From assembly GCA_963704165.1 (NCBI GenBank), contig CAVPHD010000004.1, positions 288,001-352,000 on the forward strand: a DNA stretch of 64,000 nucleotides, written 5' to 3'. Below, one piece after another: positions 33,778 through 43,600 of this stretch. This DNA comes from an uncultured delta proteobacterium. Lineage in GTDB: Bacteria; Myxococcota_A; UBA9160; SZUA-336. A model generated the notes under the pieces. It made no database searches and was not told the origin of the DNA. It worked only from the letters and a program-made list of their open reading frames with translations. How positions within the stretch are numbered: position 1 is the first letter of the stretch; each line of letters opens with the position of its first letter. The translations under genes and the position numbers were made by a program.

Positions 33778-34853
33778 ACTTCGGCCTGACCGACGAGCAG
33801 GAGCTCCTTCAGGAGACCGTTCGGGGATTCTGTGCCAAGGAGTGTCCCCCGAGCCGGTTGCGCGAGCTCTTCGATGCATCGGACGGACACGATGCGTCGC
33901 TCTGGAAGGGCCTCGGCGATCTGGGCGTGCTCGGACTCGTCGTTCCCGAGATCTACGGAGGGGCCGGCCTCGAGCTTCTCGATCTCGCGCTCGTCGCGGA
34001 AGTGATGGGGCAAGCCGCGCTGCCGGGTCCGTTCCTCGGACACCAGCTGGTGTCGATCGCGATCTCGAGCGCCGGTAGCGACGAACAGAAGTCCTCGTGG
34101 TTGCCTCGGCTCGCCTCGGGGCAGGCGATCGGTGCGGTGGCCCTGGCGGAAAGCGCGGTGGCCTGGGAGCCCGAGAGTTTCGGAGCGCGGGTGGACGGAG
34201 ACCGGCTCAGCGGCGTGAAGTGCTTCGCACCGCTGGCGGAGGTCGCGGATCTGCTGCTCGTCGGTGTCGAGGGCGGTGGGCTCGTTCTGGTCGAGCGCGG
34301 AGACGCCGGCGTCGTGATCGCGGATCAGGACGGGGTCGATCGCACGCGCCCGATCGCGCGCGTCGAGTTCACGCGCGCGCGCTGCGAGCCCGTGACCGGC
34401 GAGGCGCGGACCACACGCCGGGTCCGCGACGCGGGTCTCTGTCTGCTCGCAGCCGACGCCTTCGGCGCGGCCGGGCAGTTGATCCAGGCCACGCTCGGAT
34501 ACGCCGGCACGCGGCAGCAGTTCGGTCACGTGCTCACGCAGTTCCAGGCCGTGAAGCACCAGCTCGCGAACATGGCGACCGAGATCGAGCCCGCGCGCGC
34601 TCTCTGGTGGTACGCCGCGCACGCCTTCGACCAGATCCCGCAGGAATCGGAGCGGGCGGCGGCGATCGCCAAGGCGCACGTCACCGACCGCGCGCTCGAC
34701 ATCGCGCGCGGCGCGGTCGAGCTCCACGGCGGGATCGGATTCACCTGGGAGTGCGACGTGCAGATCTGGTTCAAACGCGTGATGTTCGATCGCGCGTTCC
34801 TGGGCAATCCCGAACACCACCGCGAGCGCAGCGCGCGCCTGGCGGGCTGGTAG
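33774..34853 (+). CDS. Acyl-CoA dehydrogenase family protein (short partner subunit)
   Basis: MNFGLTDEQ, YA.TR.QFG....FQAVKH.LA.M, LHGGIGFTWE. Confidence 0.92.
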   Translation: MNFGLTDEQELLQETVRGFCAKECPPSRLRELFDASDGHDASLWKGLGDLGVLGLVVPEIYGGAGLELLDLALVAEVMGQAALPGPFLGHQLVSIAISSAGSDEQKSSWLPRLASGQAIGAVALAESAVAWEPESFGARVDGDRLSGVKCFAPLAEVADLLLVGVEGGGLVLVERGDAGVVIADQDGVDRTRPIARVEFTRARCEPVTGEARTTRRVRDAGLCLLAADAFGAAGQLIQATLGYAGTRQQFGHVLTQFQAVKHQLANMATEIEPARALWWYAAHAFDQIPQESERAAAIAKAHVTDRALDIARGAVELHGGIGFTWECDVQIWFKRVMFDRAFLGNPEHHRERSARLAGW

Positions 34854-34860
34854 GAGAGCG

Positions 34861-36069
34861 ATGGACCTTCGCTTGGGTGAGAAGTACGAAGCGTTTCGTT
34901 CGGAGGTACGGGCGTTTCTCCGCGAGCACTGGCCGCTCCGCAACGCCGAAGCCGAGCTTCCGGCGGAAGAACAGGAGAAGCTCTTCCGCGAGCGCGCACT
35001 CGCACGCGGCTACGTGTACCGGAGCTTCCCGCGCGTCTACGGGGGTTCCGAGCAGGATCCCGATGCCCTCGAGGACATGATCCTCGACCAGGAGTTCCAT
35101 GCGGCGGGGGCGCCGCGCGACATCCGAGGCATCGGTCCCGCCATGCTCGCGCCGACGCTGCTCGACTGCGGAAGCGAGGAGCAGCGCCTGCGCTTCATCG
35201 CTCCGACGCTGCGCGGCGACATGCGCTGGTGTCAGGGATACAGCGAGCCCGGGGCCGGTAGCGATCTGGCGTCGCTTTCGAGCCGTGCGGTGCTCGAAGG
35301 CGAGTCCTGGCGGATCAATGGCCACAAGATCTGGACCAGCGACGCGCAAGACGCCGACTACATGTTCGGTCTGTTCCGAACCGAGCCCGACGCCGCCAAG
35401 CACGCGGGCATCTCGTACCTCTTGATCGACATGCGGTCGCCGGGCATCGAAGTGCGGCCGCTTCGTCAGATGACCGGCGGCTCGGAGTTCAACGAGGTCT
35501 TCTTCAGCGACGTGCGCATTCCGGCTGCTTCGATCGTGGGGAGGCGCGGCGAGGGTTGGAAGGTCTCGCGCTCGACGCTGAAGCACGAGCGGAACCTGAT
35601 CGGCGATCCGCGCTTCCTGCGCAACGCGTTCGAGGCGCTCGTCGAGCTCGCGCGGCGGTCCCAGCGGAACGGCCGGTCCGCGATCGAGGACGCGCACATC
35701 CGTCAGCGTCTGGCCGAGATCGAGGGCTACGTGTGCAGCCAGGAGTATTCCGGTCAGCGCCAGTTCTCCGCTGCGCTGCGCGGTCAGGAGCAGAAGACGA
35801 TTCTGCCGATCCTGATGAACAAGCTCTACTCGACCGACACGACCCAGCGCATCACGCGGCTCGCCTTCGATCTGCTCGATGCCGACGGCTTGATCGCGCC
35901 CGTCGCGGACGAGTACGGAATGGCGTCGAAGCTGCGCACGCCCGGTGGATGGGTCGCGCAGTACATGTTCGCGATCGCGAATTCGATCGCGGGCGGCGCC
36001 TCGAACATCCAGCGGAACATCATCGGCGAACGCGGGCTCGGGCTGCCCCGAGACCTGCGTCCGTCCTGA
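34861..36069 (+). CDS. Acyl-CoA dehydrogenase family protein (FadE26/FadE29/FadE17-like subunit)
   Basis: WCQGYSEPGAGSDLASL, NG.KIWTS, EFNEVFF, L.HER, SIAGGASNIQRNII.ER.LGLPR. Confidence 0.93.
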   Translation: MDLRLGEKYEAFRSEVRAFLREHWPLRNAEAELPAEEQEKLFRERALARGYVYRSFPRVYGGSEQDPDALEDMILDQEFHAAGAPRDIRGIGPAMLAPTLLDCGSEEQRLRFIAPTLRGDMRWCQGYSEPGAGSDLASLSSRAVLEGESWRINGHKIWTSDAQDADYMFGLFRTEPDAAKHAGISYLLIDMRSPGIEVRPLRQMTGGSEFNEVFFSDVRIPAASIVGRRGEGWKVSRSTLKHERNLIGDPRFLRNAFEALVELARRSQRNGRSAIEDAHIRQRLAEIEGYVCSQEYSGQRQFSAALRGQEQKTILPILMNKLYSTDTTQRITRLAFDLLDADGLIAPVADEYGMASKLRTPGGWVAQYMFAIANSIAGGASNIQRNIIGERGLGLPRDLRPS

Positions 36070-36081
36070 CGTGGAGCCAGA

Positions 36082-37164
36082 ATGACGATCTCTCTCCCCG
36101 ATGCACATCCGAGCTCGCAGACCGGCGTGAAGACCTCGTTCGAGGCGCTCTACAACTGGAACTACGGCAGCGAGATCGACCAGCTTCGCACCCTGTACGC
36201 CAACGCGCTCGACCGTCAGTGGATCGCACTGCGCGATCTCGACTGGGAGCGCGAGATCGACCGCGAGGCGTTCTCGCGCACCTTCTCGCTCGCAGGGATT
36301 CCGATCCAGGAGACGCGCTTCTGGCGCGATCTCGGTGAGGATCTCCGCTGGAAGCTCGCGCGTTCCAGCGCGGCGTTCATGCTCTCGAACTTCCTGCACG
36401 GCGAACAGGGCGCGCTGATGGTCGCCGCGCAGCTCGTCAACGCCGTTCCGCACATGGACGGCAAGTTCTACGCCGCGACGCAGACCCTCGACGAGGCGCG
36501 GCACGTCGAGGTCTTCGCCGCCTACATCCAGAAGCTCGACGAGGTCCACCCGATCGCCCCCGGTCTGAAGCAGCTGCTCGACAACGTGCTGCAGGCCGAC
36601 GACTGGAAGAAGAAGGCGGTCGGCATGCAGGTCGTCACGGAGGGGCTGGCGTTGTACTCGTTCCGCGACATGCGAAACCAGACCGAAGAGCCGCTGCTGA
36701 AGCAGCTTCTGACCTACGTCTCGCGGGACGAGGCGCGCCACACGGCCTACGGCGTGAAGTACCTGTCGGCGGTCGTTCCGACGCTCGGCGATGCGGAGCG
36801 CGCGGAGCTCGAGGACTTCGCCTTCGAGGCTGCGCGGCTTCTCGTCGATGCGCGTGCGGGGAACTCGATTCGCGAGACGATCTTCAAGCTCTGGACATCG
36901 CTCGGAATCGACATGGCTGCGGCGCTGACGTCGATCCTAGAAGACCGGGAACGCATCGTGAAAGGGATGGAGCGCTCCGGGGGGCGGCTGGGGCCCGTGC
37001 GCGGGTTCGTGATTCCGACGCTGAACTCGATCGGCCTCTACAGCGATCGTGTGCGCGGTCATTTCGACGAGATGTTCCGCGCGAACCTCGGCGACGATCT
37101 CGCGCGCGACACGTCGGTGATTCCCGACCTGCCCGACGATCTCGAGGCCTGGGCGGAGAGCTAG
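36082..37164 (+). CDS. Ferritin-like diiron protein (AurF/decarbonylase-like superfamily)
   Basis: HGEQGAL, DEARHVE, TEGLA, DEARH: two E...ExxH halves. Confidence 0.85.
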   Translation: MTISLPDAHPSSQTGVKTSFEALYNWNYGSEIDQLRTLYANALDRQWIALRDLDWEREIDREAFSRTFSLAGIPIQETRFWRDLGEDLRWKLARSSAAFMLSNFLHGEQGALMVAAQLVNAVPHMDGKFYAATQTLDEARHVEVFAAYIQKLDEVHPIAPGLKQLLDNVLQADDWKKKAVGMQVVTEGLALYSFRDMRNQTEEPLLKQLLTYVSRDEARHTAYGVKYLSAVVPTLGDAERAELEDFAFEAARLLVDARAGNSIRETIFKLWTSLGIDMAAALTSILEDRERIVKGMERSGGRLGPVRGFVIPTLNSIGLYSDRVRGHFDEMFRANLGDDLARDTSVIPDLPDDLEAWAES

Positions 37165-38205
37165 CTACTCGGCGTCGCCAGGCCAGTCCGCGGAGTAGTG
37201 CGCCGCGCGAGTCCAGCCCGAGGTTTCCCAGGTCGTGCCGCTCTCGTCGATCAGGATGCCCTCGGCATCGGGCAGGGACTCGAGCAACTCGATCCCCTCC
37301 TTCTCGCCCAGGATCAGGAGCGCCTTCGACAGCGCCTCCGCTCGCGCGCCGTCCTCCGCCAGCGCGGCGGCGACACGCGCCCGTGTCAGGGGCTCACCGG
37401 TACGGGGATCGATCACGTGACCGAAACGTCGGCCCTCGATCTCGCTGTACTGGCCGAGGCTCCCCGATACCGAGAGCGACCGGTCGGCGAGCTGCGCCGT
37501 TCCGGCAAAGCCTCCGGAGGCATCGCCGAGGAGGACTCCCCATCCGTCCCAGCCCGCGGGTCGACCGAGCGCGCACAGGCTGCTCTGGCCGAACGCGAGC
37601 AGTGCGCGCGAGACGCCGGCCGCGCGCAGCTTCGCGGCGAGCCGATCGAGCGCCCAGCCTTTCGCGATCCCGCCGAAGTCGAGCATCGCGCCCGCGTCGC
37701 GAAGCTCGACGGTGCTCGCCGCGAGATCGACCTTCACGCCGTCGGGTCCGACGAGGGCGCGTGAGGCAGCCAGCGCGTCCGCATCCGGCAGCGTGCGCGA
37801 TCGGTCGGCCTCGATCCAGAGGGCGACGAGCGGCCCGACCGTCACGTCGAAGGCGCCGCGGGTGAGTGCAGTGTAGTCGATGGACCGCTCCGTGAGCTCG
37901 GCGAAGGGCTCGGCGACGGAAACCGGACCCGACCCCGCCGCGCGGTTCAGCTTCGAGAGATCGCTCGCTACGTCGAAGCGCGAGAGCATCCGTTCGAGCC
38001 GCGCGACCTCGTCGAACGATTCGCGCAGCAGCGCCAAGCCGTGCGCGCGCTCGGTGACGCAGACGCTGATCTCGAGGACCGTGCCCATCAGGTATCGACC
38101 GTCGGACACCGTCACGGGGCAGACCTGGGCGGGATCCTCGTGAAGCGAAGGGCTCGTGCAGCCCGACAGGGCCGCGAACGCCATCGCAGCCAGTCTTCTC
38201 CTCAA
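37165..38205 (-). CDS. apbE: FAD:protein FMN transferase ApbE (lipoprotein)
   Basis: MGT, G.FDVTVGPLV.LW, DFGGIAKGWA.D, SVSG, H.IDPRTG, AE.LSKAL; MRRRLAAMAFAALSGC lipobox from TTG 38205 (alternative ATG 38184). Confidence 0.93.
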   Translation of the reverse strand: MRRRLAAMAFAALSGCTSPSLHEDPAQVCPVTVSDGRYLMGTVLEISVCVTERAHGLALLRESFDEVARLERMLSRFDVASDLSKLNRAAGSGPVSVAEPFAELTERSIDYTALTRGAFDVTVGPLVALWIEADRSRTLPDADALAASRALVGPDGVKVDLAASTVELRDAGAMLDFGGIAKGWALDRLAAKLRAAGVSRALLAFGQSSLCALGRPAGWDGWGVLLGDASGGFAGTAQLADRSLSVSGSLGQYSEIEGRRFGHVIDPRTGEPLTRARVAAALAEDGARAEALSKALLILGEKEGIELLESLPDAEGILIDESGTTWETSGWTRAAHYSADWPGDAE

Positions 38206-38705
38206 ACTTCGCCGCTCCGATAGCCGGTGCTGGTTCCGCGGAAGGACGACCAGAGCGAGAGGACCACCAATACGGCGAGGCTCGTCTGCAGTCCGAGAAA
38301 CCCGGCGATCTTGAGCCACGCGAAGTGAGGCGACACGAAGCGGACGAGCCAACCGGATCCCTCGTCGACCAGACCGAACAGGAATGGCAGCGCGATCAAC
38401 CACGCCTTGGTGCGATTCGCGAGCGGAACGAAGAGTACCAGATGCGTCAGGACGAGCAAAAGCATCCCGATCGCGAAGAGGTGGAAGTGAGACACCTCGA
38501 GCAGGCCCGCGTAGCTTCGCGGCTCGCGGAACTCCTCTTCGGAGCCGAGGTAGTGCGCGACCACCGACTCCGGTGTGAGTCCCATCCGGTCGAAGTAGAG
38601 CGCGGTATTGGTCAGCCAGAGCAGCGCGACGAAGAGGGAATAGAGCACGACGATCGTCTGGAGCAGACGATTGCGATTCATCTCGCCCGTGATCACGAAC
38701 CGCAC
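38202..38705 (-). CDS. Four-TM membrane protein with clustered histidines (possible heme b protein)
   Basis: Hydrophobic helices with LEVSHFHLF, VLTHLV and SPHF; co-operonic with apbE. Confidence 0.75.
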   Translation of the reverse strand: MRFVITGEMNRNRLLQTIVVLYSLFVALLWLTNTALYFDRMGLTPESVVAHYLGSEEEFREPRSYAGLLEVSHFHLFAIGMLLLVLTHLVLFVPLANRTKAWLIALPFLFGLVDEGSGWLVRFVSPHFAWLKIAGFLGLQTSLAVLVVLSLWSSFRGTSTGYRSGEV

Positions 38706-38717
38706 GCGCGGCTCCGG

Positions 38718-39290
38718 CTACTCGGCGGCGTCGTGGTTTCCAAGCAGGACTTGATATAGCGCGAGGGCCGTGCGGACGCTGCGCGTCACGGCCTGCGACG
38801 AGAGCGTGGCGCCTGCGATCGTGTGGATCCCGCGCTTCAGGTGGAGATCCGGCCCGAGATGCCTTCCGCCGATCGTCGCGAGCCAACGCTCCGACGGCTG
38901 GTACTCGGTTGGTTCGTGAAAGGCGAGGATGCGCAGCGAGTGGACCGATCCGTCGGGTGCGATCACGATGAGCAGCGCCTCGGGCAGCGTGCGCACGTTG
39001 CGCACGTCGATGACCGCGGAGCCGAGCATTTCGTTCCCGCGAAAGGCCGAGTAGACGGTCCAGATCTGGCGCTCAAGGGCTGCGAGCGATCGGGTCTCGA
39101 TCGCCCGCGCCTGCTCGGGTGTCAGGACGAAGCTCTTCTCGTCGATCCGATCCGCGTCGGGAAAGGCCTGGCGCAGCGCTTCCTGCTTGCTCGCGTACAC
39201 GGTCGCGTGCGCCCCCGGAGCGAGCAGGGTCGCGAGCAGGGCGACGAGTCCCGCGGTGGCGAGCGTCCTAGAAGACGAGACCGAAGCCAA
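38718..39290 (-). CDS. Exported FMN-binding domain protein (ApbE substrate)
   Basis: Signal peptide ending AHA; FHEP.EY; C-terminal TIAGATLSS flavinylation-type motif; GAGGTGA before TTG. Confidence 0.85.
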   Translation of the reverse strand: MASVSSSRTLATAGLVALLATLLAPGAHATVYASKQEALRQAFPDADRIDEKSFVLTPEQARAIETRSLAALERQIWTVYSAFRGNEMLGSAVIDVRNVRTLPEALLIVIAPDGSVHSLRILAFHEPTEYQPSERWLATIGGRHLGPDLHLKRGIHTIAGATLSSQAVTRSVRTALALYQVLLGNHDAAE

Positions 39291-40590
39291 GGCTCACCTC
39301 GTTGGTGCTCGAGTGGGCGAAGTCATCGACGCTGCGATAGTCGAGCTTCAAGACCACGTTTGGAATCGGCTTGAACTGAACGCCCGGGATGTACATGCGC
39401 TGCTTGTAGGCGCGGTCGGCGGTGAAGCCGCGCGGAACGTCGTTCTGGGTGTCGATGTACTCGAAGCGGAAGAACGGCTCGAGTGACATCTCCGAACCCG
39501 GGAAGAAGAACGGCATCAGGTCGTACGCGACCTCGGCATAGCCGCCGATCATGCGACGCGAGACGACCGGATGATCCTCACCCGCGAGCGTCAGCAGGTT
39601 CGACAGAGCCCCGGCATCCGCCACGTGTGCCTGGGTCCAGAGTGCGCGGGTCGTGAGCGCCTGCCAGCGGTACTCACCGTGAACCTCCCAGATCGTCGTG
39701 CGGGCGTTGGGCAGCGAGAAGTCGCTCCCACCGATCTCGATGTCCTGATCCTGACCGGAGTTGCCGACGTAGTACGAGCTTCCGAGACGAAGTCCGTCGG
39801 TCACGTCGAGGTCGACGCGGCCGACGAACGCGAGATCGTTCGCGAGCGCTTCGCTGCCGCTCTGCCTTCCGCTTCGCAGCCCGCCCGAATTGAAGTCACT
39901 CGCAACGAAGCCGTTCACGACGTAGACGCGGTAGCTCAGCCGCTCGCCCAGATTCCCGAAGATGCCAAGACCGTTCTCGCGCCAGGTCGAAGGAATGATC
40001 ACGCGCTCCGCCGTGGGCCGGAACGTCGAGTAGTAGAACGGCGGCTCGTGAAGCTCGTTCACGAGGCCCATCGGGATCAGGACCTCACCGAGGCGGACGT
40101 TGAGCTCGGGCATGAGCAGGAAGTCCAGCGTCGCGAACTCTACGCTCACCGAGCCGTCCTCGTCGGTGCTGCCGTGCTCGAACTCGATCTCGGTGTTGAA
40201 GACGATCCAGTCGTTGAATTTGTAGCCGAGGTACGCGACGAGCCGGAGCATGTCGGTCTCGTCGTCGGCGCCCGAATCCCGACGCCGGTAGTAACCCTCG
40301 GAGTAGCCGCCGATCGAGAGGCCGCGTGCGACGCTGTAGACCTTCGACGCAGCGGGGCCGAGCCCGTACTGGCTCTCGAGCGCGCTCGGTGCTTCCGGCG
40401 CGGCCACCTGCGTCCGGATCGACTCGAGTTCGCTGACCACCACCCCGAGCTGGCGCTTCAGCTCGGCGATCTCGTCGTCGCGCGCGATCTCGCGATCGCT
40501 GGGCTCCTCGGCCCGCGCGGGCGGAGCCCAGGGAGGAGCCAGAGCCAGGATCAATGTCAGAAACCCCAGAAGCCGCCCCGAAAACGCCAC
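39268..40590 (-). CDS. Outer-membrane beta-barrel porin with N-terminal coiled coil
   Basis: Signal peptide, DEIAELKRQL coiled coil, RLV.YLGYKF....FNTEIEFEH, NE.HEP, IIPSTWRE.G, C-terminal LGFGLVF. Confidence 0.85.
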   Translation of the reverse strand: MAFSGRLLGFLTLILALAPPWAPPARAEEPSDREIARDDEIAELKRQLGVVVSELESIRTQVAAPEAPSALESQYGLGPAASKVYSVARGLSIGGYSEGYYRRRDSGADDETDMLRLVAYLGYKFNDWIVFNTEIEFEHGSTDEDGSVSVEFATLDFLLMPELNVRLGEVLIPMGLVNELHEPPFYYSTFRPTAERVIIPSTWRENGLGIFGNLGERLSYRVYVVNGFVASDFNSGGLRSGRQSGSEALANDLAFVGRVDLDVTDGLRLGSSYYVGNSGQDQDIEIGGSDFSLPNARTTIWEVHGEYRWQALTTRALWTQAHVADAGALSNLLTLAGEDHPVVSRRMIGGYAEVAYDLMPFFFPGSEMSLEPFFRFEYIDTQNDVPRGFTADRAYKQRMYIPGVQFKPIPNVVLKLDYRSVDDFAHSSTNEVSLGFGLVF

Positions 40591-40612
40591 AACGCTCTCC
40601 TTGGCCTTTGTC

Positions 40613-40637
40613 GATATTGAGAATCGATCTCATAATC
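40613..40637. promoter_or_regulatory. Fur-family operator-like AT-rich inverted repeat
   Basis: GATATTGAGA-ATCGA-TCTCATAATC; core TGAGAAT-C-GATCTCA resembles the 7-1-7 Fur consensus TGATAATnATTATCA. Confidence 0.75.
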
Positions 40638-40667
40638 AACCTACCGAGCGGGGGAGCGAGATGTCAA
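40638..40667 (-). promoter_or_regulatory. Putative sigma70 promoter of the porin operon (TTGACA-N18-TAGGTT)
   Basis: -35 overlaps the RND stop codon; the predicted start site falls inside the Fur-like box. Confidence 0.6.
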
Positions 40668-43600
40668 GCGCGGGTGCCGGGACGGGCCTCCTTCGCGGCT
40701 CCGGTCCGCGAGTCGCCGCGCCGGAGCCGCGTGCGCAGCGCCTCGACCGCGTCGTCGAGCTTCAAGTAGAAGACCGGAACGATCAGCAGGGTCAGGAGCA
40801 TCGACGAGGTCATCCCGGCGGCGGTCGCGATCGCCATGGGCTGGCGGGTCTCCGCGCCGGGACCGATGCCGAGTGCGGCCGGCAGCACGCCGAAGATCAT
40901 CGAGATCGCGGTCATCAACACGGGCCGCATGCGGATCGGCGCCGCCTTCCGCATCGCACTGACCTTGTCGAGGCCCTCGGCGCGAAGCTGGTTCGCGTAG
41001 TCGACGACCAGGATCGAGTTCTTCGTGACCAGTCCGAAGAGCAGCAGGATTCCGATCATGCTGAACAGGTTCAGCGTGTTTCCCGTCGCGAGCAGTCCGA
41101 TGCAAGCGCCGACCAACGCGAAGGGCACGGCGAGCATGACCGAGAGCGGATGCACGAAGCTCTCGAACTGCGCCGCGAGCACCATGTAGATCACGAGCAG
41201 GCCGAGAAGCAGCGCGGTGCCGAACTGACGCACGCTCTCCTGCATCGCCTCCGCCGAACCGGAGAGCGAGACCGTCACGTCCTCGGGCAGCACCTCCTTC
41301 GCGGCCGTGAACGCATCCTGGATCGCGGCGCCCAGCGGTTTGCCGTCGAGATTTCCGGAAACGGTCACGCTGCGCTGGCGGTTCGAGCGCGTGATCGCAG
41401 ACGGTGCGGCGCCGGTCTCGACGCTCACCAGGTTGCGCAGCTCCGTCAGTTTCCCGCCGCTGCCGCGCACGTAGAGCTGTTCGATCGACGCCGGGGTGTC
41501 GCGGTTCCCGCGGTCGAGCCGCATGCGGATGTCGAAGCGATTGCCGCCTTCCTTGAACACGCCGACGTCGAGTCCACCCACCATCAGCTGGACGACCTGG
41601 GCCACCGCCGACGCGTCGATCCCGAGCGCCGCGGCCTTTTCGCGATCCGGGAGGATGCGGACCTCGGGAAGGCCGAGCTTCAGGCTCTTGTCGAGATCGA
41701 CGAATCCCCCGCGCTCGCGCAGTGCACCGATGAAGCGATCGGCGTGGTGATCGAGCTCGGTCAGCGCGAGATTCCCGCGCAGCAGCACCTCGAACTGTGC
41801 GCCGCTGCCGCCTCCGCCCTGCATCGTGGACGGATCGAAGATCTTGATCTTCTGACCCGGGATCGCGCCGAGCACCTCGCGCGCCTCCTTGATCAGGTCC
41901 TGCGAGGTGCGATCGCGCTCGTGGCTCGGACTCAGCGTCGCGAACATCATTCCGGTGTTCGGTCGGCCGATGCCGTCCCGCCCGCCGGTCCCGATCGACT
42001 CGAAGACGCCCTGGATCTCGGGTTGGACGAGCAGGTGGGCCTCGTTCATCTCCAGGTACCCCAGGGTCGCCGCGAGCGTCGATCCCGGCGGCGTCTCGAA
42101 GTTCGCGAAGAACATGCCGCGGTCCGAGGTCGGGAAGAATTCCGTACCGAGCCGCGTTCCCGCACCGCAGGCGACGAGAAGTGAGCCGACCGCGATCGCG
42201 AGCGTCGACCATTGGTGCGAGATCGACCAATCGAGCGCCCGTTCGTAGAGGCGCTCCAGGGCCAGGAAGCCCGCTTCGAGCGAGTGATAGACGCCCCCGT
42301 GTTTGCGCTCGGTCGGCGGCGGCATGCGCGATGCGAGCATCGGCGTGAGCGTCAGGGCGACGAAGAGCGAGATCAGCACCGAGCCGGCGACGGTGAGCCC
42401 GAACTCGCCGAGGAAGTTCCCGACGATTCCCTGCACGAAGACCACCGGAAGGAAGACCGCGCTCACGGAGAGCGTCGCGGCGGTGGCCGCGAAGGTGATC
42501 TGACGCGTGCCCTCGATCGCGGCATCTCGGGCGTTCTTGCCCATCTCGCGGTGACGCTCGATGTTCTCGAGCACGATGATCGCGTCGTCGATCACGACGC
42601 CGATCGCGAGCGCCATGCCGAGAAGCGTCATCGTGTTCAGCGTGTAGCCGGCGAGCCAGACCAGCGCGAAGGTCGTGATCAGCGAGACCGGGATCGCCGC
42701 CGCGACGATCAGCGTAGGTCGCGTCCGACGCAGGAAGACGAAGACGGTCAACACCGCGAGCAAGCCGCCGAAGACGAGCGCGAACTCCGTCTCCGCGACC
42801 GACTCGCGAATCGAGCGCGAGAAGTCGATGAAGCCGCTTCCCTCGTCGATCGAGATGCCTTCCGGGAGCAGCGGCCGGAGCTCCTGCAGGCGTCGGAACA
42901 CCTCGTCGCAGATCGCCACGGTGTTGCCGCCCGTCTGCTTGCGCACTCCAACGCCGACCGTCGGCACGCCGTTGTAGCGCGCGAGCGAGCGCACGTCGGC
43001 CTCGCCGTCCTCGACGCGTGCGACATCCTTCAGATAGACCGCCGCCTCGCCGCGATGCGCGATGACCATCCGCTCGAGCTGCTGCACCGAGCGGAACTCG
43101 GCGTCCGTCCGCACGCTCCATTCGATCATCGAGCCTTCGACCACGCCACCCGGAACGTCGACGTGCTCGCGGCGAAGTGCCGAGAGGATGTCTCCGGCGG
43201 CGAGGCCATGCGAGCTCAGGGCGTTGCCATCGACCCAGATGCGGATCGCCCGGTCGCGGCGACCGAAGACGACGATCCCGCCGACGCCCTCGATCGTCTC
43301 GAGCATCGGCTTGACGTGCCGGCGCACGTACTCGCTGGTCTCGACTGCGGGCCGAGTCGACTGGAACGGGATCCACAGCACCGGTTGGTCGTCGAAGTTC
43401 GTCTTCGAGACCGTCGGCGGCTCGACGTCGCGCGGAAGCATGCGGCGGGCCTTGGCCACCTCGTCCCGCACGTCCTGGATCGCACTGTCGAGATCTGTGC
43501 CGAGTTCGAACTCGACGAAGATCTGCGCGACGCCCGCGAGTGTCGTCGAGCGCAGGCTGCGAACGCCCGAGATCGTGTTCAGGTTCTCTTCGAGAACGTC

